From Thermoplasmata archaeon (lineage in GTDB: Archaea; Thermoplasmatota; Thermoplasmata; Lutacidiplasmatales; UBA184): DNA of 64,000 bases. Position 1 is the stretch's first letter. Every line of letters starts with the position of its first letter. This document shows positions 57,409-64,000 of this stretch, in pieces. The stretch covers positions 484 to 64,483 of the forward strand of contig JAKACD010000005.1 of assembly GCA_021821785.1 (NCBI GenBank), written 5' to 3'. A program made the translations under genes and the position numbers. The notes under the pieces are model-generated. The model saw nothing but the letters and a program-made list of their open reading frames with translations. It searched no databases and was not told the origin of the DNA.

Positions 57409-58479
57409 TCACGTCCCGGGAGGGGAGAACGGCCCATACGGAGTGGAGGCTGGGCTCCCGAACACGCCGTGGGGGAGCGGTCCGACCGATACGGGAACGC
57501 CTCCCACGGGGACCGTCGGATCGGGGCGGGCGATGAGGTCGTAGGCGACGGCGGAAAGGATCACGAGCCAGGAGGCGGTGATCGCGTTCGCGAGCGTGAC
57601 GAGTATGACCGTCAGTAACCCGGCCCCGACCAACGAACCCGGGATCGCCATTCCCTCCTCGATCGCCGAGCTCACAATGCCGACCACCAGGATCGCCCCG
57701 AACAGCGACAGCCGATGCCCCTTCGTGAGGCGCCAGCTCCGCTCGAGCCCGCCGATCGCGGTGGTATTCTCCATCATGATCGCCGGGGCGAAGAGGCAGA
57801 GGGCCAAGCCAAGGTATACCGCGAGAACGAGGGCGACCATGAGGCCGACAAAGAAGAGCGGCAAGAAAGGGAACGCCGGTCCTCCCAGTGCGAGGCGAAA
57901 GATGAGGAGGATCGGGAAGACGAGCAATCCTCCCACGATGAGATAGACCAGCAGCGTGGCACCGAGTATGCTCGGGAACTTTGCGACCCCGCGCCGGAGC
58001 GCGTCCCCGACCCGCATCGCCTCGCCGCGAAAGCGGCGAACCGAGTACTCGGCCATTCCCCCGGTCACGGCCGCGGTGAGGACGGCCGTGGCGAGCAGCA
58101 CCGCCAGCGAGTAGAGCAGTGCCTCTCCCGCAGTCGGAGCCGGTAGCGAGACCCCCACGGGCAATCCTCCGAACCCGCCGGCGACCACGTAGTTCAGGAG
58201 CAGCAAACCGAACACCACGGAGATCGCCGCCAGGATCAGGTTGAGGACCAAGTACACCCCGATGTAGCTCCGTAGGTTGTCCCACCAGGTTCGGAATAGG
58301 CCCGAGAGGATGGTGCCGGCATCCGCTCGACGGAGGAAGAGAGGGGGCGGAGCGTACGACCCGGGAACCCCCGGCGTCCCCGCCGGAAGCAGGGAGAGCG
58401 GACTTCCGCAGTGCGTACAGTACGTTGCACCGGGGACGCGAGGGGTTCCGCACGCCGAGCAATATCCCGCAGAACTCAT
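57409..58479 (-). CDS. Zinc-ribbon plus multi-TM membrane protein
   Basis: YCSACG...YCTHCG; APAIMMEN...LERSWRLTKG membrane-domain motif. Confidence 0.78.
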   Translation of the reverse strand: MSSAGYCSACGTPRVPGATYCTHCGSPLSLLPAGTPGVPGSYAPPPLFLRRADAGTILSGLFRTWWDNLRSYIGVYLVLNLILAAISVVFGLLLLNYVVAGGFGGLPVGVSLPAPTAGEALLYSLAVLLATAVLTAAVTGGMAEYSVRRFRGEAMRVGDALRRGVAKFPSILGATLLVYLIVGGLLVFPILLIFRLALGGPAFPFLPLFFVGLMVALVLAVYLGLALCLFAPAIMMENTTAIGGLERSWRLTKGHRLSLFGAILVVGIVSSAIEEGMAIPGSLVGAGLLTVILVTLANAITASWLVILSAVAYDLIARPDPTVPVGGVPVSVGPLPHGVFGSPASTPYGPFSPPGT

Positions 58480-58805
58480 GCGGTCCACGTTCCCCGTTGG
58501 GTTCGTCGGCACGTCACAGGGCTCGCCCTCCCCGTCGTAGGGTCTCGCCGGTGCCCGACAAGAACCCGCGCGCGATTTACCCCTTCCCCACCGGTGGGCC
58601 ATCTCTCCGGTCACGGTGGTTCACTCGTAGAGCCCCGGTCTCCCCTGTCGGGGACGGGGTGGCCGGAAGACTCACCGCCACCTCCGGTGCGAGCCGGAGA
58701 TAGTACCTACCCCCCTCGGCTCTCGGTCGGCCCGTCCTCGGGGCGGTGCTCGCGGCGATAGGGTAGGTCCGTCCGGCTTCGCGGCGCATGCCGTCCTTGC
58801 CCTCG

Positions 58806-59699
58806 TCAGGTGAACAGATCCTCGAGCGGGTTCTCCATCTCGCGAACCTCACGGAGACGGACTCCCTGCGACTCGAGCTCGTGGATGAGCCCCGGGACCG
58901 CCCCCGGTCCCGAGAGCTCCCGCAGGTAGTAGTCTCCGCTCCGCTCCCACCCCTCGGGCGCCGGGCTCAGCGGGAGCGTTCGGATCCCGATCACGTAGTG
59001 GGCAGCCCGTACATTCTCCATCCGCTCGAACAGGGTGAGCGCGCCGCCCTTGAGCGCGATCACGTGGCGACCGATCTCCCGAGCCTCGAAGAGGTTGTGC
59101 GAGGAATAGAGCACGATCCGGTTCCGGCTCAGGTTGAGGATGAGCGTTCGGATCTCGCGGGCCACCTTCGGATCCAGGTTCGCCGTCGGCTCGTCCAGAA
59201 GATAGATCTCGCGCTCGCGAAGGAACACCCTCGCGATCGACGCGCGCTTGCGCTGGCCCGCGCTCAGCTTCGAGATGAACGTGTCCCGGAACTCCCGAAT
59301 CTCGAGCTGGTCGAGGACCCGTTCCACGTCGGCGGTCGAGGCCCGCTCCACCCTCGCGTAGAAGTCGAGGCACTCCCGCACCGTCAGGCCATCCGGCATG
59401 CCGTCCATGTGGGAGAGATAGTGGAGGCGGTCCCGCGAGGTCTGCTGGTCGATGGGGACGCCGTCGATCAGCACCGCACCGGCCGTGGGCCGAAGGATCC
59501 CGGCGATCGTCCGGAAGAGCGTGGTCTTGCCGGCGCCGTTCGGCCCGAGGACGACGTAGACGGACGGTTCGTCGATGGTGAACGAGATGTCGCGCAGCAC
59601 CGGCGTCTTCGCGTACCCCGAGTGCAGGGCGCGACAGCTCACGGAGACCGGGCCGTCACGGGGGGCGCTCGGAAGCGCCGTGGAACTCCCTCCTAGCAT
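58806..59699 (-). CDS. ABC transporter ATP-binding protein
   Basis: GPNGAGKTT, LSAGQRKR, LLDEPTANLD. Confidence 0.9.
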   Translation of the reverse strand: MLGGSSTALPSAPRDGPVSVSCRALHSGYAKTPVLRDISFTIDEPSVYVVLGPNGAGKTTLFRTIAGILRPTAGAVLIDGVPIDQQTSRDRLHYLSHMDGMPDGLTVRECLDFYARVERASTADVERVLDQLEIREFRDTFISKLSAGQRKRASIARVFLREREIYLLDEPTANLDPKVAREIRTLILNLSRNRIVLYSSHNLFEAREIGRHVIALKGGALTLFERMENVRAAHYVIGIRTLPLSPAPEGWERSGDYYLRELSGPGAVPGLIHELESQGVRLREVREMENPLEDLFT

Positions 59700-59718
59700 G
59701 GCCTCGAGTCCTCCCCGG

Positions 59719-60417
59719 CTACGCCGGCGACAAGAGCCGTTCCGTGGGCATGAACCGGTCGGTCCGTGCGAGCAGGGAGGCGAGCAGGACGAAGACGACC
59801 AGCTCGCCCACGAGGAGTACCCGGGACGCTTCGGCACCCAGGGCGATGGCGACGATCATGAGGAGCGTGGTCGGGAGGACTCCGATGAGAGGGAGGACCC
59901 CGAGGGGGCTGTTGAGCCCGGACCGCGGTGACGAAAGGGAGGTCCAGAAGACCCCTATCGTCGTCATCAAGGTCACGGAGAGGTAGCTCATCGGGAAGGT
60001 GTACCCGAGCAGGATCTCGGGAAGGGTGGATGTCAGGGCGTTGCCGCTGAGCAGGTAGGCGGTGAGTCCGGCGGCCAAGCCGACGCCGAGAATGATGGTG
60101 ACCTGAACGATCCCGGCGATGAGCGCGTTGGCCAGGATCCGCCGGGGGGAGATGCCGTAGGCGACCAGATATTCGAGGACTCCCTTCGTCCGGTCATTCG
60201 TGAAGACCAGGGCCCCACCTATCCCTCCCGAGACCGCAAAGACCGGGAGAATGACCGTGCCCACGCTGACGAACAACGGCCCTGCGATACCAAAGAGGGC
60301 GGAGTAGAACACAACCATGCCTCCGCCAATAACGAGCGACATACGCCCCACTACCATCGAGCGGCGGAGGGTGATGCCCAGCAGGGTGGGCAAGCGCGGG
60401 TCGGTCCCCGATTCCAT
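59719..60417 (-). CDS. ABC-2 type permease
   Basis: NDRTKGVLEYLVAYG motif, 6 TM, upstream of the ATPase; start uncertain. Confidence 0.78.
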   Translation of the reverse strand: MESGTDPRLPTLLGITLRRSMVVGRMSLVIGGGMVVFYSALFGIAGPLFVSVGTVILPVFAVSGGIGGALVFTNDRTKGVLEYLVAYGISPRRILANALIAGIVQVTIILGVGLAAGLTAYLLSGNALTSTLPEILLGYTFPMSYLSVTLMTTIGVFWTSLSSPRSGLNSPLGVLPLIGVLPTTLLMIVAIALGAEASRVLLVGELVVFVLLASLLARTDRFMPTERLLSPA

Positions 60418-60681
60418 GGGCCCCACCCGGGTAGACACGTCCTCCTCACCTTCAGGGAGATACTTAGCCCGAGTGACGCTCATGGCACAATGCGGCCTGC
60501 CGTGACAGTGCCAACGCCGGGTCGTGCGGATCCTTTGGCCCCGGTGGCTCCGGCACCTTCCCACCGGTGCGGGGTCTCGGAGACCTTAGCGGGGCGGCCG
60601 GAACGGCAAGCGACGTCGGGATCCTAGGCTGTACGGGCCAAGTCAACCCAGGCTGTAGTGACTGAGCGCCCTTTCAGGACC

Positions 60682-61251
60682 ATGCCTTCCGACTGCCCGC
60701 GGTGTGGCGGACCCAATCTCCCGGGAGCCACGATGTGCCAGTGGTGCAGCTCGGCGCTTCCGAGACCCCGGGCCCCGACCGCTCCTCCCGTCCCCTCGCA
60801 AGGCCCTCTCCCGACCCCGGTGTCGATTCCCGCGGGCCGAACCTCCTCGGCAGCGCTGATCGGTGGGATCGTGCTCGTGGCGGTGAGGGTCGTGATCGCA
60901 GTCGCCTTCGTGTCCGTAGCCTCCAATCCGCCATCCACCCCTCCCCCCGGCGCATCCGTCGACATCACTGGCGTTCACCTGGTCTCTTTGGACACTGCTT
61001 GCGGGCTTAACGGCGATAGCTCCGGGACCGTGACCCTTCATCCGCCCCGCGGATTTCCATTCATCATTTGGGGCGTGCCGGGACCGAGCGGGAGCGTGCC
61101 GTGCACGGTTCAGAGCGTTACAACGAACACACCGGGGTTCGAGCGGTTCGCCAGTTTTCCCGTCAACGTGACCCGGGCCCCCGGCGTGCTCCTGGTTTCG
61201 ATGCTCCCTCCCCCCTCGTTCGTCGGCGTGCTGAATGTGACCTTCACCTAG
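60682..61251 (+). CDS. Zinc-ribbon, single-TM protein with extracellular beta domain
   Basis: CPRCGG...CQWC, Pro-rich linker, TM, beta-rich C-terminus. Confidence 0.7.
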   Translation: MPSDCPRCGGPNLPGATMCQWCSSALPRPRAPTAPPVPSQGPLPTPVSIPAGRTSSAALIGGIVLVAVRVVIAVAFVSVASNPPSTPPPGASVDITGVHLVSLDTACGLNGDSSGTVTLHPPRGFPFIIWGVPGPSGSVPCTVQSVTTNTPGFERFASFPVNVTRAPGVLLVSMLPPPSFVGVLNVTFT

Positions 61252-61429
61252 CCCGCTGTCGGCAAATAGCGGACTCCTGCCGAACTTGATCCACCGGGCA
61301 GCTGTCTCTACCTCGGCAGGGGAGAAGGGCTGTCCGTCCCCGAAACGACACTAACTCCGTCGACCCGACCCCGGGCGGGTGACGCAGTCTTATGGAACTC
61401 TTGCCCTGCGCTTCCGAGAGGCAACACCC

Positions 61430-61900
61430 ATGAAGTGGGTAACTCGCGAGAAGGCAAGGGTGGATCGGATCGCGTGCCCGTGGCTCATCCAACGTTTCGT
61501 GGATCCGAAGGCAGAGTTCCTCTACGTTCCTCGGGACCGAGTGCTGGAGGTGGCGAAGAAGGAAGGCGCGACGGCGTTCGACACGCCGGGAGCCGAGCTC
61601 TTCCATTTCGAAGAAGGCGGCGAGGAGTTCGTGACCTTCGACGCGGTCATCCGCCGGTTCCAGCTCAAGGACCCCGCCCTGCTCGAGCTCGCCAAGATCG
61701 TTCGAGTTGCCGACGGGGGCTCCGGCAAGGCCGCGGAGGCCGCTGGATTGGAGGCGGCCGCCACGGGATTCCGAGTGATCGCGAAGGATGACCTCGAGAA
61801 CCAGCGCCTTCAGTTCCCGTTGTACGACGCCCTCTACGCCTACTGCAAGTGGCGGGTGGAAGAGGGCGGTCATTTGGAGCATACGGGTGGACCCGCCTGA
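61430..61900 (+). CDS. Chromate resistance ChrB C-terminal domain protein (ChrF-like)
   Basis: MKWVTREKARVDRIACPWLIQRFVDPKAEFLYV, LAKIVRVAD, LYDALYAYC. Confidence 0.88.
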   Translation: MKWVTREKARVDRIACPWLIQRFVDPKAEFLYVPRDRVLEVAKKEGATAFDTPGAELFHFEEGGEEFVTFDAVIRRFQLKDPALLELAKIVRVADGGSGKAAEAAGLEAAATGFRVIAKDDLENQRLQFPLYDALYAYCKWRVEEGGHLEHTGGPA

Positions 61901-61921
61901 ACGAGGGATCGGGGCGGTCGC

Positions 61922-62866
61922 ATGACGCTCCAGAAGGTCGCCTCCATCCCGCTGCCGGTCCACCGCGGGGAGAGCGGGTTCGACCATGCCGCCGTCGACG
62001 CGGCCAGCGCGAAACTCTTCGTCGCCCACACCGCGAACGATGCGGTCGACGTGATCGACCTAGCCGCGCGAAAGTACGAACGCTCGATTTCAGGTTTGAC
62101 CGGCGTGGCCGGAGTGTGGACCGCGGGCTCCGAGCCCCTCTTGTTCACGTCGAACCGCGGGGAAGACACTGCGAGCATCTTCCGTCTACCCCTCGGGGAG
62201 GAACTCTTCCGGGTGGCCACCGGTTCCCGACCGAACGGAATGGCGTTCGACCCCAACCACAAGGTGCTGCTCGTCGCGGGAGTAGGGAACGCGGAGCGGC
62301 ACCGACCTCCGACCGCGACGCTGTTCGACGTGCGGACGGGCGAGCTCGTCCGGCAACTCGAGCTCTCCGGCCGGACCCGGTGGGCGGTCTACAACCCGTA
62401 CCTGAAGGCGTTTCTCGTGAACATCGCGCGCCCTGCGCAGATCGCGGTGGTGCCTCTCCAGGGCCCCGAGCGTCCCGCTGACTTCATTGAGGTCCCCGCC
62501 TCGGGCCCCCATGGGCTCGAGCAGAGCCCGGACGGGCGCACCCTCTATTGTGCGTGCGACGACGCGAAGCTCGTGACGGTGGATCTCCCCGCTCGGAAAG
62601 CCAAGGTCGTGGCCGAGCTGGCGGGACCGCCGGACGTGCTTTGGATGCACTCGCGCCTGAGCCAGCTCTACGTCGCGATCGGCGATCCCGGTGTGGTCCA
62701 AATGTATCGGACGGACTCCGACCAGCTCGCGGATACCCTTCCCACCGCGGAGGGTGCCCACACCCTGACGGTCGACCCGAGCCGAAACGAGGTGCACGTG
62801 TTTCTGCCGGACACCCACGAAGACCTCGTTCTCCGGGCTCTGCCGGACCCCGAAGAAAACCGTTAG
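61922..62866 (+). CDS. YncE/YVTN-type beta-propeller protein
   Basis: GFDHAAVD...LFVAHT, RPNGMAFDP, PHGL, GAHTLTVDP blades. Confidence 0.82.
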   Translation: MTLQKVASIPLPVHRGESGFDHAAVDAASAKLFVAHTANDAVDVIDLAARKYERSISGLTGVAGVWTAGSEPLLFTSNRGEDTASIFRLPLGEELFRVATGSRPNGMAFDPNHKVLLVAGVGNAERHRPPTATLFDVRTGELVRQLELSGRTRWAVYNPYLKAFLVNIARPAQIAVVPLQGPERPADFIEVPASGPHGLEQSPDGRTLYCACDDAKLVTVDLPARKAKVVAELAGPPDVLWMHSRLSQLYVAIGDPGVVQMYRTDSDQLADTLPTAEGAHTLTVDPSRNEVHVFLPDTHEDLVLRALPDPEENR

Positions 62867-63125
62867 GGGCTAGGGCCGAGCGCCGCCCGGGGGCGGTGGA
62901 AGTGAGCGCGTCGAGCTACGGGTCCAGGGCGATCGACCCGACGAGTGCTCGCAGGAGGCTGGACCCTCTCGCAAACAGCCAGCCTGACTCGACCAGCGTG
63001 CAGCGTCGTCCGAAGCAACACCGCGGTTCTCGCGGTCGCAACAGTCCCTGCACCTGCGCCCGCGCATTCCGACAGGTGCCGTAAGCTAGTCCATCTGAGT
63101 CCAGCGCGATTTGGCATGGCGTAGG

Positions 63126-63180
63126 TTGACCCCCACAATTTCACAGAATAGATAAATTTACACAATCATGTGGGGGTCAA
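63126..63180. repeat. 12-bp perfect inverted repeat around a 31-bp AT-rich core
   Basis: TTGACCCCCACA (63126-63137) and TGTGGGGGTCAA (63169-63180). Confidence 0.85.
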
Positions 63181-63208
63181 ATGGCGAGCGTCAAGGTCGG
63201 GACGTCGC

Positions 63209-63490
63209 TCATGCCGCCTTGATCTGCTCTCGTGCCGCCGTGTGAGATCGCCAGGCCAAATACAGAAGAGACAACCCCACTAGAACGAACACGACCGACA
63301 CAAAGGCCGAGACACCCACGTCCACCCAGAAATGAGAGCCCGGGCCGGGCGCTGGGCCAGGCACGAATGTATCGTAGAGGGAAAGTAAAACGCTGACGAG
63401 TGCTTGAAACCCAAGAAGGCCAATCACCAGGCCACCTACGAGGTAGATCGCCCGTTCGACGCGAACCGAGCTCAGATTCCCGTCCGGCAT
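63209..63490 (-). CDS. Small 2-TM membrane protein in a lower-GC patch
   Basis: Two hydrophobic helices; codons less GC-biased than in neighbouring genes. Confidence 0.55.
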   Translation of the reverse strand: MPDGNLSSVRVERAIYLVGGLVIGLLGFQALVSVLLSLYDTFVPGPAPGPGSHFWVDVGVSAFVSVVFVLVGLSLLYLAWRSHTAAREQIKAA

Positions 63491-64000
63491 GACGGCGGGA
63501 AGCTGGCAGGCAGGATTAGAATTGTGGTACGCCACTCATCGGTCCTGAGCTGGTAAGGCGCCTCAGTGAAAGGGGGCTCGCACCTCCCACCAAAAGCGGC
63601 CCACTGGCCGTCCTTGAGGGGGTAGGGTAAGGGATCGACGCGTCACAAGGCCAGAGTCCCAAACGCAGCCGAAACGGGCCAAAATCGTCAGGTTTGAAGC
63701 CTGCTGGGTAGGAATCCGACTGGGCCCACTTTTCGTCAGGGGATGCCCACCCCGGGGCCGAATCGTGAACTCCCCCTCGACAATCGTCCTCGATCCATTC
63801 GCACCAACGAGTGCAGGAACACCGGTCCCTTCGAATCGTCGCGGAGGCTGGCCTCGGGGTTCGCGCGTGAGGTCTGGCGACCGTCAACGACTGACCGACC
63901 AGCGGAAAACGAGGCGCACTCCTCGAACCCGTGGCGGGGGCGGAGACGGTGACCGGGGCGCTTCCTGCTCAGGGACTCGGAGGCGGGTGCCGCCGCAGGT

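Noticed and set aside
61252-61429. Fluoride riboswitch upstream of the ChrB-domain gene
   Set aside because: The conserved GGxGATGG...CTGATG core is not present
50677-64000. Integron-like cassette array of small accessory genes
   Set aside because: Genes are in mixed orientations, and I found no recurring attC-like repeat and no integron integrase

Overview
GC-rich archaeal chromosomal segment. Archaeal markers are an archaeal-type GluRS, RNase P protein Rpp21, Tsr3, HTH_10 and AbrB-PhoU regulators, CCA-less tRNAs and BHB introns; a Thermoplasmata-like host is an inference. It carries about 70 genes or pseudogenes and four tRNAs. Main points: (1) a tandem tRNA-Gln(CUG)/tRNA-Leu(UAG) pair interrupted by three non-canonical bulge-helix-bulge introns (T-loop 59/60 in both, D-arm 21/22 in Leu), the two T-loop introns sharing their ends; (2) a compact anaerobic benzoyl-CoA dearomatisation operon (oah, bcrB, two activases, bcrC, dch, had); (3) a U32-family Fe-S protein divergent from a stand-alone chorismate mutase, suggesting prephenate-dependent hydroxylation; (4) a His-containing polytopic membrane protein paired with a CuA-like cupredoxin behind a palindrome-rich promoter; (5) micro-proteins missed by the ORF track (a 16-aa Lys/Gly peptide and a 39-aa C2H2 zinc finger), a nucleotidyltransferase TA-like pair, several decayed zinc-ribbon genes and a 55-bp inverted-repeat site. 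No rRNA, CRISPR array, integrase or transposase was seen. All protein assignments come from motif recognition by eye, not database searches.
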